64,000 nt of DNA from the NCBI GenBank assembly GCA_036381015.1, contig DASVDR010000029.1:96676-160675 (forward strand), in the 5' to 3' direction. This document shows, in pieces, positions 1 to 8,628 of this stretch; position 1 is the stretch's first letter, and each line of letters begins with the position of its first letter. Below the pieces are notes generated by a model. It had not been told where the DNA came from. It searched no databases and worked only from the letters and a program-made list of their open reading frames with translations. Source of the DNA: Gammaproteobacteria bacterium (GTDB lineage Bacteria > Pseudomonadota > Gammaproteobacteria > Steroidobacterales > Rariloculaceae). The position numbers and the translations under genes were made by a program.

Positions 1-234
1 GCCCGACGCTTCGCTTTCGCCGTCGAGCAGAGCGCCCAGCGCCTGAAAACCCTTGCGGAGCAAGTCTTCCTTGCCCGTGTAATGCGCGTAGAACGTCGAC
101 CGGCCGACATCGGCTTCGTCGATGATGTCCTGGACCGTGATCGCTTCGTAGCCCTTGCGAAGAATCAACGTAATCAGGGCTTGATGCAGCGCCTGCCGAG
201 TCCGCGCCGCGCGTCTGTCGATCGTTCGTGCCAT
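1..234 (-). CDS. TetR/AcrR-family transcriptional regulator, N-terminal part (3' end lies beyond window edge)
   Basis: Absent from ORF track because it runs off the edge. Reverse-strand translation from CAT at 232-234 gives MARTIDRRAARTRQALHQALITLILRKGYEAITVQDIIDEADVGRSTFYAHYTGKEDLL..., a canonical TetR N-terminal HTH. Confidence 0.8.
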   Translation of the reverse strand, partial: MARTIDRRAARTRQALHQALITLILRKGYEAITVQDIIDEADVGRSTFYAHYTGKEDLLRKGFQALGALLDGESEASG

Positions 235-432
235 CGGTCGCCCCTTCGTATTGCTTTTATCGAACGATCGCGGTCCCGGTGTTCGATAACGAACTTCTCG
301 GCGCGATCGTCCGTTGAGTATTCCGGACACGGTGTTCAATATCTTACACCGCGTCCGATTCCTTGAATGCCTCGGCGGCGAGCGCGCCGGGGAGGCGGGC
401 GGCGTTCTCGGATCGAATCAGGAGGCCAGTCG

Positions 433-915
433 ATGCAAGCGGCACGGATTTCGAGGTTTTCGCGCCGGCTCCTGCTCGCCGTTCATCTTGCGGCTACTGC
501 GGGCGTTTTCGGTCTCGATCTCGCGCTCGTCGCGCTCGGAATCGCCGGCCGCGCGGGCGCGACCGCGGCCGCGGTCTACCCGGCCGCGCACCTGATCGGC
601 GCATGGGTGCTTTCGCCGTTCGCGGTCGTCTCGCTCGGCTCGGGCGTGGCGCTCGGCGTGCTCACGGAATGGGGGCTGCTTCGATACTGGTGGGTCACGC
701 TCAAGCTCGCGATCACCGCGGCCCTGACGGCCGCGGTGCTTCTCGTGCTCGTGCCGCGCCTCGGCGTCCAAGCGTCCGCCGCGTTGGAGGCTTCGGCAGG
801 CGCCGTGCAGCCGCAGGAACCCCTTGCGCTCGTTCTCGCACCGATCGTCGCCGTCGCGCTGCTGACCGTCGCGATGCTGCTTGCGGTCTTCAAGCCGGCG
901 TGGCGCCTGCGCTGA
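433..915 (+). CDS. Integral membrane protein (about 4 TM helices), function unknown
   Basis: Inner ATG of ORF 367..915, with GGAGG 7 nt upstream. Hydrophobic helices (LLLAVHLAATAGVFGLDLALVALGI, WVTLKLAITAALTAAVLLVLV, etc.). Divergent from the TetR gene. Confidence 0.6.
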   Translation: MQAARISRFSRRLLLAVHLAATAGVFGLDLALVALGIAGRAGATAAAVYPAAHLIGAWVLSPFAVVSLGSGVALGVLTEWGLLRYWWVTLKLAITAALTAAVLLVLVPRLGVQASAALEASAGAVQPQEPLALVLAPIVAVALLTVAMLLAVFKPAWRLR

Positions 916-1638
916 TCAGCCGATGTGATTTCGCTTGAGAATCTCCGTCACGCCGTGGAGGTCGTCGACCTCGTAGTCGGCCGGCGTGTCGCCGGGCAAG
1001 AACGTGTCCCTCGCCATCCCGGACCGGCGAATCTGCGCCGTGACCATGTTGATGGCCATGGCGCCTTGGCAATCGAAGGTCGGCCCGGCGCAGTAGAGAC
1101 AATCCCGGACGTCGAGCCCGGTTTGTTGCAGGACCCAGTAGTACGTCTTCGGGTGCGGCTTGTGAAAGCCGGCCTGGTCCGTGGTGCCGACGAAGTCGGG
1201 CTTGAAGGTCTTGAACTTGCTCACGTACATGTCGAGGTATTTCCGCTCGACGTCCGAGTAGATCAGCACCTTGACGCCCATGTCCTGCTGCTCCTGCAGG
1301 GCGGCTTCCGTGTCGGGAAACAGCTGCACCTGGTCTTGCAGGTCCAGCATGAAGTGGACGTCATCCGCAGATCCGTCGATGTCGTGGATCTTGAAAGCCG
1401 TGACGAGCGCTTGCCCGACGAGATCCGAGACCGGCGTGTACCGATACGCCGCCGCCCGACGGTGGAAACCCTCGAAGAACCTCGCCCACGTCTCGGCGAA
1501 CGTCTCGGCGTCGACGCCGGCATCGTACTTCTGCACGATCTCTCGGGCCGCCTGCTTCCACGTCCACGGCCAGTCGAAGAGCGTTCCCTTGGAGTCGTAG
1601 AACACGGCGCGCGGCCACCGTCCCTTCTTTATTCCCAT
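916..1638 (-). CDS. HAD-superfamily hydrolase, haloacid dehalogenase type II-like
   Basis: ORF 916..1776 trimmed to MGIKKG (SD GGGGAGAA upstream). Motif I-like YDSKGTLFDW resembles FDxYGTLxD of L-2-haloacid dehalogenases. HAD-like core follows. Confidence 0.7.
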   Translation of the reverse strand: MGIKKGRWPRAVFYDSKGTLFDWPWTWKQAAREIVQKYDAGVDAETFAETWARFFEGFHRRAAAYRYTPVSDLVGQALVTAFKIHDIDGSADDVHFMLDLQDQVQLFPDTEAALQEQQDMGVKVLIYSDVERKYLDMYVSKFKTFKPDFVGTTDQAGFHKPHPKTYYWVLQQTGLDVRDCLYCAGPTFDCQGAMAINMVTAQIRRSGMARDTFLPGDTPADYEVDDLHGVTEILKRNHIG

Positions 1639-1818
1639 CTCCGATTCTCCCCGAGTCTCGAGCGACTGCTTCGCCGGTTTCGGCGTGCGCAGCGCCGTCC
1701 GGCCTCGTCTCGACTGCGCGGACGCTCGCCGCGCAGCGTTGCGGACGAGTTTGCAACGATTCCCGTACGAATCCAAATGGGGCGGAAGGCGCCCGTCGGG
1801 GGGCGCGTCGCCGGCGCG

Positions 1819-2253
1819 TTATCCGGTGGAGCGGGCCCGTTGCGGCGATGAGGGCGTGACGCGCCAGCGCTCGGGACCGTCGGGCTCGATTCGGAGCTCG
1901 CGCAAGTCGGTGAGGCGGTTGCTCGCGTCGAAGATCGCAACGCGCGGCGTCACGCTCGACAGCTCCGACGGATCGACGTCGGCTCGCGCGGCGATGATCA
2001 GCTCGTCGCCGACCTGACAGTAGCGCGCCGCTGCGCCGTTGAGCAGGCAGCAGCGGCTGCCGCGAGCACCGTAGATCACGTAGGTGCTGATCCGCGCGCC
2101 GGTCGCCTTGTTCCAGATCTCGACGAACTCGAACGGCAGCAGGCCCACCTGCTCACAGTGGTCCGGGTCTAGCGCAATCGATCCTTCGTAGTGCAGATCC
2201 GCGCCCGTGACGCGCAGGCCGTGCAGCTTCGCGATCATGATCGAGCGTCTCAA
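1819..2253 (-). CDS. panD: Aspartate 1-decarboxylase proenzyme
   Basis: KLHGLRVTGADLHYEGSIALD, NGARISTY and GSRCCLLNGAAA match PanD. A TTG start at 2253 (GGAGG 8 nt upstream) places the self-cleavage Gly24-Ser25 exactly as in E. coli PanD. About 18 aa C-terminal extension. Confidence 0.9.
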   Translation of the reverse strand: MRRSIMIAKLHGLRVTGADLHYEGSIALDPDHCEQVGLLPFEFVEIWNKATGARISTYVIYGARGSRCCLLNGAAARYCQVGDELIIAARADVDPSELSSVTPRVAIFDASNRLTDLRELRIEPDGPERWRVTPSSPQRARSTG

Positions 2254-2375
2254 GCGATGAACCTCCGTGTGTCACGCCGCTCCGATACCGTCGAAGCCCG
2301 AAGCGCCCTCGGGCCCGGCTCGTCGGGACACGCCACTCTAGCGGCGGATCGGTAGGGGGGCAAGCGAGCGGTACG

Positions 2376-2406
2376 CGCGGCGGCCGGCGCAAGGCCGGCC
2401 GCCGCG
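2376..2406 (-). terminator. GC-rich hairpin just downstream of the TonB-dependent receptor stop (putative intrinsic terminator, no U-tract)
   Basis: CGCGGCGGCCGGC-gcaag-GCCGGCCGCCGCG: perfect 13-bp stem with a 5-nt loop, 9 nt beyond the stop at 2415-2417. Confidence 0.45.
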
Positions 2407-2414
2407 GCCGAGCC

Positions 2415-5414
2415 TCAGTAGCGCAGCTGGAACCCGACGGTGTAGCGCCGGCCGAGAACGTCGTAGAGACTCTCGTTCGTGCCGATGCCCGTGCCGCCGA
2501 ACGCCGACCAGCCGGCAATGAGAGGCGGGTCCTCGTCGAACACGTTCGCGATGTGCGCGAACGCCTCCCACTCCCCGCCGCTTCCGAGCCGGCCTCGATA
2601 GCTTGCCCGCAGGTTCGTGTAGAACATGGATTCGACGGAGTTGTCATCGATGTCGACGCCCTCGACGAAATCGATGTCCGCCACGCCGCTGTCGATCCAG
2701 CGTCCCTGAAGGAACAGCGTGAACGGCCCGTTGTCGTAGGCGAGGTTGCTCGTCCATTGCAGCTCGGGCACGCCCGCGCCGCCCAGCTCCCCGACGACAT
2801 CGCGCTTCGCGGCACCTGCTTCCGTCGTTGAGTTCTCGTCGAGCCAGCTCGCGATGAACCGCCACCGCAGGCTTTCGGCGCCCTGCCGGAAGAGATTGAT
2901 GTCGCGCGAGTAGGCCACCTCGAGATCGAGCCCGCTGACGTTCCGCTTGTCGACGTTCGCGAACGTGTTCTCCACCAGGGTGATGATGTTCGTATTCGGA
3001 TCGCGCGTGATGCGGCCGCAGAACTCCGCGGCGCCCGTCTCGAAGCATTGGTCGACGATTTCCTGGACGCCGAGAAAGTCGATTGCGCCGTCCACCTCGA
3101 TGTCGTACCAGTCGAGCGACATCGAGAGGCCGTCGACGCGCGCCGGCTGGTACACCGCGCCGACCGTGAACGTGTCGGCCTCCTCCGGCGAGACGTTCGG
3201 ATTGCCGCCGCGGAGCTGGAAGGTCGTGTATCGCTCGTTGTCGAGCTCCGGGTCCTCGAGCGACGTGCCCTGGCCCTGACGGTCGAAGCGCTCCTCGAGG
3301 CTCGCGGCCCGGACGTCGCGGGAAAGCGTGCCGCGCACGCGCAGCACGTCGTTGACGCTCCAGTCGAGGCCGATCTTCGACGCCCAGATGTCGCCGCTGC
3401 CCGAGTAGTCGGCCCAGCGCGCGGCCAGGCTCGCGTTCAACTGCCGAACCAGAGGGCGGTTCGCGATCAGCGGCAGCAGCGTCTCGGCAAAGAGCTCCTT
3501 GACGTCGAAGCGCCCCTCGAAGTTGTCGAGATCCACGAACTCGAGGCGGTCGTCGGTTCCGAGAGAGGCGATCGTGATGCCGCGAATGCCGCGCGCGGGG
3601 TCGTTCGCGAGCGGCGGCTGGTTCACGAGATGCGGCGGGCCGATCCGGTGCTCGATCTGCTGCTCGCGCCAAGATGCGCCGACGGCGAGCGAAACCGGGC
3701 CTGCGCCCCAGCCCTCGGAGATCTCGCTGCTCGCCGACAGCTCGGCATTGTTCTGCTCGAGGTCGGCGCGGACGAACATGTCGTCCGCGACCCACGCGAT
3801 CGCCTCCGGCGAGGCGCGCCCGCGGCCGAAGAGATTGACCGGCACGCAGTCATCGAACTCGTCGCTCAAGAGCGTGACGTTGCAAACGATCTCTCCCGTC
3901 GCCGGATCCCGAACCGCGTCCACGGCCATCGGCAGCCGGTCGCGGCGCAGGAAGTCGGAGAAAATCAGCTCGTTGTCATTGCGTCCGCTCTGCACGTAGC
4001 CCTGGAGCTCCCAGCCGCCGGAGAGCTCCGTCTCGAAGCCGACCGTGAACGAGAGCGTGTCGTTCGACATGATGAACCGGTCCTGCGCGATATCGGCCTC
4101 CGTGTGATAGCGCTGCAGGCGGAAGGACGGGATGTTCTCGTCGATCATCGCCTGATTGATCTCGTCGGGCAGGAATGCGTTGCCCGGGAATATCGTCAGT
4201 GCCCAGATCGAGTGCCCGAGCGGCAGCGTGCCGGCGCTGTCCGTCTCGGTCGAGCCCCACATGCCCTCGAAATAGAGGCGCAATTCCTCGCTCGGGTCGT
4301 AGGTGAGCCGCGCGAAGCCGGTGCTGCGCTCGCTGTCCGGCACGAACGAGCCCGAGCGCGAGCCGTCGGGGTAGGCCGGCGTGTGGATCGAGGTATCGAA
4401 GTCCGTGGGGTTATAGCCGCTGCCGCCGACCATGTTGTTCGTCCCCGTCCCGACGGTCGCGTGCTCGCCGAACTCGAACGGTGCGAGAGAGCCGTCGGGC
4501 AGGAAGTACAGCCGGTCGATCGACGTGCCCGGCGCGTCGATCATCCCGCCGTTCGTGTACTCCGTGGAGACCACGTTCTCGCGCGTCAGAAGGCGCGGAC
4601 CTTGCCCTGTCGCGAGGAAGTCGGAGCTCGTGACGAGGCCGATGCCGCGATACCACTCGCGTCCGTCGAGGTTATCGATGCGCTCGGAGTCGAAGCGGTC
4701 GAGCGCGCCGATGAAGTGGAGGTGCTCGCCGATCGGCGTGCCGCCCGCGATCGAGACCTCGTAACTGTCGTGGTCGTTGCGGCTCGTGACGCCGCCCTGA
4801 AGATGCGTCTCGAGGCCCGTGAAGTCGGTATCGAGAATGAAGTTCACGACTCCGGCGACCGCGTCGGTGCCGTAGGCCGCAGACGCCCCGCCGGTCACGG
4901 TTTCCACGCGCTGGAGCAGGGCTTCCGGGAACAGGTTGATGTCGACGATGCCGAGGCGGTTCGACGGCACGATGCGGCGGCCGTCGAGCAGCACGAGGGT
5001 CCGCTTCGAGCCGATGCTGCGCATGTTGAGGTTGGAGGCGCCGGCCGAGTCCGCCTTGCTCGCGGCCGTGTTCGGCCGCGCGTTGTTCACAAACTGCGGC
5101 AGCTGGTCGAGAGCGTCGATCAGCTGACCGGGCGCCATGTTGCTGAGCTCGTCCACCTGCACGACGGTGACGGGCGTCGGCGTCGTCATCCCCGTCGCAG
5201 TGATTCGCGAGCCGGTGACCGTCACCTCCTCGATCGCTTGCCCCTGAGCGCCTTCGCGCGGCGCTTGCGCCGACGCGACGCCGGCGAGACCGGCGGAAAG
5301 GGCGAGGCCGACGGCCAGGGCGACTGGCGACGGCGGCTCGGGCATCCGCCCGGGGTTTGCAGTCTCGCGCTCTCGTTGCCCTCGGCTGGTTGCACGCTTC
5401 GATCCCCTGCTCAT
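2415..5414 (-). CDS. TonB-dependent receptor (paralog 1)
   Basis: C-terminal ~1000 codons of the 1477-aa ORF. Start MSRGSKR has SD GAAGGAG 7 nt upstream (alternative MPEPP at 5345). Signal ...AGLAGVASAQA. Plug motifs EEVTVTGSRI, RTLVLLDGRR, VTGGASAAYGTDAVAGVVNFILD. Terminal ...GFQLRY. Confidence 0.9.
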   Translation of the reverse strand: MSRGSKRATSRGQRERETANPGRMPEPPSPVALAVGLALSAGLAGVASAQAPREGAQGQAIEEVTVTGSRITATGMTTPTPVTVVQVDELSNMAPGQLIDALDQLPQFVNNARPNTAASKADSAGASNLNMRSIGSKRTLVLLDGRRIVPSNRLGIVDINLFPEALLQRVETVTGGASAAYGTDAVAGVVNFILDTDFTGLETHLQGGVTSRNDHDSYEVSIAGGTPIGEHLHFIGALDRFDSERIDNLDGREWYRGIGLVTSSDFLATGQGPRLLTRENVVSTEYTNGGMIDAPGTSIDRLYFLPDGSLAPFEFGEHATVGTGTNNMVGGSGYNPTDFDTSIHTPAYPDGSRSGSFVPDSERSTGFARLTYDPSEELRLYFEGMWGSTETDSAGTLPLGHSIWALTIFPGNAFLPDEINQAMIDENIPSFRLQRYHTEADIAQDRFIMSNDTLSFTVGFETELSGGWELQGYVQSGRNDNELIFSDFLRRDRLPMAVDAVRDPATGEIVCNVTLLSDEFDDCVPVNLFGRGRASPEAIAWVADDMFVRADLEQNNAELSASSEISEGWGAGPVSLAVGASWREQQIEHRIGPPHLVNQPPLANDPARGIRGITIASLGTDDRLEFVDLDNFEGRFDVKELFAETLLPLIANRPLVRQLNASLAARWADYSGSGDIWASKIGLDWSVNDVLRVRGTLSRDVRAASLEERFDRQGQGTSLEDPELDNERYTTFQLRGGNPNVSPEEADTFTVGAVYQPARVDGLSMSLDWYDIEVDGAIDFLGVQEIVDQCFETGAAEFCGRITRDPNTNIITLVENTFANVDKRNVSGLDLEVAYSRDINLFRQGAESLRWRFIASWLDENSTTEAGAAKRDVVGELGGAGVPELQWTSNLAYDNGPFTLFLQGRWIDSGVADIDFVEGVDIDDNSVESMFYTNLRASYRGRLGSGGEWEAFAHIANVFDEDPPLIAGWSAFGGTGIGTNESLYDVLGRRYTVGFQLRY

Positions 5415-5647
5415 CGCGGTGCTCCTTCTTTTTTGCGTGCCCCCGACCGGCGCTTGCGCAGTTTCCCGCCGAGTCCACCGGGATCCCGCCGTCGCGTGAC
5501 GGAGGCGCGCCTCTCGATACGGCGCGCTGCGATCACGACGCACGCACCTCCCCCGCCCGGCTTCGTGCTGCGGCAGGGCTTCTGCATGCCGCACGAGACC
5601 GGCGCGCCCCGGGCCGGCACGCCGATCTTTCCGAAAGCGGGGCGAGA

Positions 5648-6754
5648 TCACTCCTCTGGCGGTGTCTCCTCCTCGCTTTCCTGGAAGCGATCGACCGAGA
5701 GCCGGAGCCATTCCTGCACGTCGAAATTGACCCCCGCGTTCTCCTCCCCGACGAAGCGCGGGTTCGTGGTTTCGATGTAGTTTCGAACGACCGTGTTGCC
5801 CTCGTGGCAGGCGTACTCGAAGAACTTGTAGTCCTCGTTTCGGGTCCACGGGTAGGAGATCTTGAACGGGGCCGTGAGGACCTCCGGATCTTCGACCCAG
5901 GCTTCGTATTGAAGGGTATTCGGACCGGTCGGCGTGAGCCGCTCCGTGACGCGCAGCGATGGGCTCGTCGGGACGGGCTCGTTGCTCGGGCCGACGATCA
6001 CCATCGGGGAAAGGCCGTTGAAGTTCGTCGTCTCGATCACGAGCGAGTCGCCGTCCCAACGACCCCGCGAGATGCCGAGCCACTGCCGTATCTCCGCCGG
6101 CGGCGCGCGGTCGTCGAGCGGAACGATGCGCGTCTCGTGGATGAGCTCGAGCCGGATCACGACGTAGCCGGGCGTCTGGATGATCTCCACCCCGTTGTTG
6201 TACGGGAACGGAATCATCGAAGCGGGCATTCCGCGGGTGATGCAGCGGTCGAGGGCGTTGAAATCGGAGATCTCGTCGAACACATCCTCGGACCAGCTGC
6301 TCTTCATGTTCGCCGCCTCCGCACGACCGGCTTCGGTCATCGGCGGAATGCGGCCGTTCGCCGGCTCCATGATCAACGACGTCTGGCGCAGCGGCTTGCC
6401 CCACTCGAACCAATGGCCGGAACCGATCCGGTTGGCCTCGAGCTCCTCCTGGTAGTTGTCGGCCAGCTGGGCCGCCTGCTCGAGGGCCGCGGCATACTCC
6501 TCGTCGGTGAGCCAGGCGCGCTCCCCGAGCTCGGGCGGGCGTTGAAACGGCGTTTGGCCCGCGGAGTCGAGAGGCCACTTGCCCTGCAAATCGGGATCGC
6601 CCCAAGGCGTGCGCGGGGCGGTCCACGAGCTCGAATCCGTCTCGGCCGTTTGCACGTTCGACGTCTCTTGCGCAGCCGCGGAAACGGCGCCGAGGCAGAC
6701 GGCGAAGCCCAAGGACGCCGACAAAGCCTTCGTTGACGGGTGTCGCTTGTCCAC
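5648..6754 (-). CDS. Secreted protein of unknown function (recurring 'GxWxGdsLVIeTTNF...TER' domain)
   Basis: ORF 5648..6820 trimmed to a GTG with GGAGGA 7 nt upstream. Signal peptide ALSASLGFAVCLGAVSAAAQE. Lies directly upstream of TBDR paralog 1 on the same strand. Confidence 0.7.
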   Translation of the reverse strand: MDKRHPSTKALSASLGFAVCLGAVSAAAQETSNVQTAETDSSSWTAPRTPWGDPDLQGKWPLDSAGQTPFQRPPELGERAWLTDEEYAAALEQAAQLADNYQEELEANRIGSGHWFEWGKPLRQTSLIMEPANGRIPPMTEAGRAEAANMKSSWSEDVFDEISDFNALDRCITRGMPASMIPFPYNNGVEIIQTPGYVVIRLELIHETRIVPLDDRAPPAEIRQWLGISRGRWDGDSLVIETTNFNGLSPMVIVGPSNEPVPTSPSLRVTERLTPTGPNTLQYEAWVEDPEVLTAPFKISYPWTRNEDYKFFEYACHEGNTVVRNYIETTNPRFVGEENAGVNFDVQEWLRLSVDRFQESEEETPPEE

Positions 6755-6929
6755 GTGATTCGTCCTCCGTTTCGCTTGCGTCGAAGCCCCGATCTCCCCC
6801 GGGGCGCGCGATGAGATCAAGCGTAGGCAAGCGCCGCGGCGGCGTCAAAAGACGCGCCGCGGCCGGTGCGCGGCCGCGGCGGCGGGATCGGGCGGTGGAT
6901 GCCGAGCGGGCTGCGCAATCGCGGTCGGC

Positions 6930-8483
6930 TCAGCCGTGTATCCCGAGCTTCTTCAGCAATCGATGGAAATTGGCGCGATCGAGGCCGAGCGAGCGGGCCG
7001 CCGCCGCGCGGTTGCCTCCATGGGCTCGAATGCGTTGCAGGATCAGGTCGCGGCGAAAGTCGTCGACGGCGTCCCGCAAAGTCACGTCGATCTCGGGGAG
7101 CTCGATCTCGGGCACGGATGCGCCGTTCGACACTGCCGCTCGGGCGTCGCCGTCGGCGGCACCGAGGTGCCTCGGCGTCAGCTCGAGCAGCTGGTCGCGC
7201 GGCTGCCCCTCGGCCAACGCGCGGATGATCGCCCGCGACAGCGCGTGCTCCAGCTCCCGGACGTTGCCGGGCCACGAGTAGCTCTGCAGCCAGCGCCGGG
7301 CCGCCGCGCCGAGACGCACGCCGCGTAATCCGAGCCGCCGCTGGTTGCGCTCGAGGAAGTAGCCCGCGAGCAGCAGCACGTCATCGCCGCGCTCGCGGAG
7401 CGGCGGTACGCGGAGCGGGTAAACGCTGAGCCGGTGATAGAGGTCGGTCCGGAACCGGCCGGCGAGCACTTCCTCCTCGAGGTTGCGGTTCGTTGCGGCA
7501 ATCAGGCGCACGTCCACGCGCCGGGCGCGGTCGCAGCCCAGCCGCTGTATCTCGCCGCTCTGCAGCGCGCGGAGCAGCTTCGCCTGCACCGGGAGCGGCA
7601 GCTCGCCGACCTCGTCGAGAAACAGCGTGCCGTCATGGGCGAGCTCGAACTTGCCGATCCGATCCTCCGTCGCGCCGGAGAACGCGCCGCGCGCGTGTCC
7701 GAAGAGCTCGCTTTCCGCGAGCGACTCGGGCAGGGCCGCGCAGTTGATATGGACGATCGGCTCCTGCGCGCGGGCGGAGTGATGGTGAATCATTCGGGCC
7801 ACGAGCTCCTTCCCGACGCCCGTCTCGCCGAGGATCAGCACCGGCAGATCGGATGGTGCGACCGTGCGCGCCTCGCGCCGCACGCGCTGGATCGGCTCGC
7901 TCTCGCCGATCAGCTCGTCCGCCGCGCGCTCGCCGACGCCCGAGAGGTTGATCCGGTGGTGCCGCTCGAGCTGCATCTCGAGGCGCTCGATCCAGTCCGC
8001 CGCCCGCACCGTCGCCGCGGCGACCGCGGCGAACGCGCCGAACACGTCGTCGTCGATCGTCTCGAATTGCCCCGGCCGCAGCGCGTCGAGCGTCAGCACG
8101 CCCCACGGCTCGCCCTCGATGCGCAGCGCGACGCCCATGCAGTCGTGCACGTATAGGTGGCCGTTCGCGTTGTCGACGAGCCCGTCGTAAGGATCCGGGA
8201 GCGCGGAGTCTGCCGGAAAGCGTACAGCGGCACGGCTGTCGAGCAGCCGGGCGAGCCGCGGGTGCTCCGTGACGACGAAGCGGCGGCCGAGCGTATCCGG
8301 GCTGAATCCCTGCACCGCTCTCGGCACGAGCACGCTTCCGTCGAGCTCGAGCAGCGCGATCGCGTCGCAAGGGAAGCTCGCGCGAAACGTATCCAGCAAC
8401 CGCTGATAGCGGGCCTCGCACGGCATCGACTCGGTCAGGTCCGTGACGATGCCGGCGAGGCGGCTGAAGTTACGCGTCGTCAT
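6930..8483 (-). CDS. norR: NorR, NO-responsive sigma-54-dependent transcriptional activator (GAF-AAA+-HTH)
   Basis: N-terminal GAF region aligns by eye closely with E. coli NorR (RFPADSxLPDPYDGL, HPRLxxxxxxxxxVRF). AAA+ motifs GETGVGKE, GAFSGA (GAFTGA), ESELFGH. C-terminal Fis-type HTH. Confidence 0.9.
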   Translation of the reverse strand: MTTRNFSRLAGIVTDLTESMPCEARYQRLLDTFRASFPCDAIALLELDGSVLVPRAVQGFSPDTLGRRFVVTEHPRLARLLDSRAAVRFPADSALPDPYDGLVDNANGHLYVHDCMGVALRIEGEPWGVLTLDALRPGQFETIDDDVFGAFAAVAAATVRAADWIERLEMQLERHHRINLSGVGERAADELIGESEPIQRVRREARTVAPSDLPVLILGETGVGKELVARMIHHHSARAQEPIVHINCAALPESLAESELFGHARGAFSGATEDRIGKFELAHDGTLFLDEVGELPLPVQAKLLRALQSGEIQRLGCDRARRVDVRLIAATNRNLEEEVLAGRFRTDLYHRLSVYPLRVPPLRERGDDVLLLAGYFLERNQRRLGLRGVRLGAAARRWLQSYSWPGNVRELEHALSRAIIRALAEGQPRDQLLELTPRHLGAADGDARAAVSNGASVPEIELPEIDVTLRDAVDDFRRDLILQRIRAHGGNRAAAARSLGLDRANFHRLLKKLGIHG

Positions 8484-8534
8484 CGGGACACGCGGTTGTC
8501 CGAATGACTACGCCCCGGGCGTTGTCGCGAGCAC
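8479..8534. promoter_or_regulatory. Three candidate NorR boxes (GT-N7-AC) forming a putative UAS
   Basis: GTCATCGGGAC (8479-8489), GTCCGAATGAC (8498-8508), and GTCGCGAGCAC (8524-8534, inside the extended palindrome GTTGT-N7-ACAAC at 8521-8537). Located about 45-100 bp upstream of the -24 element. Confidence 0.4.
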
Positions 8535-8576
8535 AACACGCGCAGCAAATTCCCACCCAATCAACGAGATAGGAAT

Positions 8577-8592
8577 TGGCACGGAATTTGAC
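8577..8592 (+). promoter_or_regulatory. Sigma-54 (-24/-12) promoter of the nirK-like operon
   Basis: TGGCAC-GGAAT-TTGAC against consensus TGGCAC-N5-TTGCW. About 38 nt upstream of the ATG at 8629. A cognate bEBP (NorR) is encoded divergently. Confidence 0.6.
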
Positions 8593-8628
8593 TAGGGAGA
8601 AACGCTCCATCAGCGGAAGGACCTATTC

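Noticed and set aside
1819-2253. PanD C-terminal ~18-aa extension and isolated genomic context as unusual
   Set aside because: PanD tails vary in length across bacteria. The self-processing site and core are canonical, so this is not noteworthy without comparative data.
3048-5780. Long antisense or off-frame ORFs: 3048..5780(+), 12002..13891(+), 15404..17812(-), 24496..26190(+), 43611..46034(-), 53621..56467(+), 53679..56258(-), 60307..62151(-), 58007..59467(-)
   Set aside because: Each lies opposite or out of frame to a gene with clear family motifs. The translations are dominated by R/A/G/P/D runs with no recognisable domains. These are classic high-GC shadow ORFs.
2415-6848. 1477-aa ORF spanning the TBDR, the intergenic region and the upstream gene
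   Set aside because: Only the C-terminal ~1000 codons are TBDR-like. The N-terminal ~480 aa are Arg/Gly/Pro-rich low-complexity sequence that overlaps a well-supported gene (5648-6754) in another frame. This is read-through caused by the absence of stops in GC-rich DNA.
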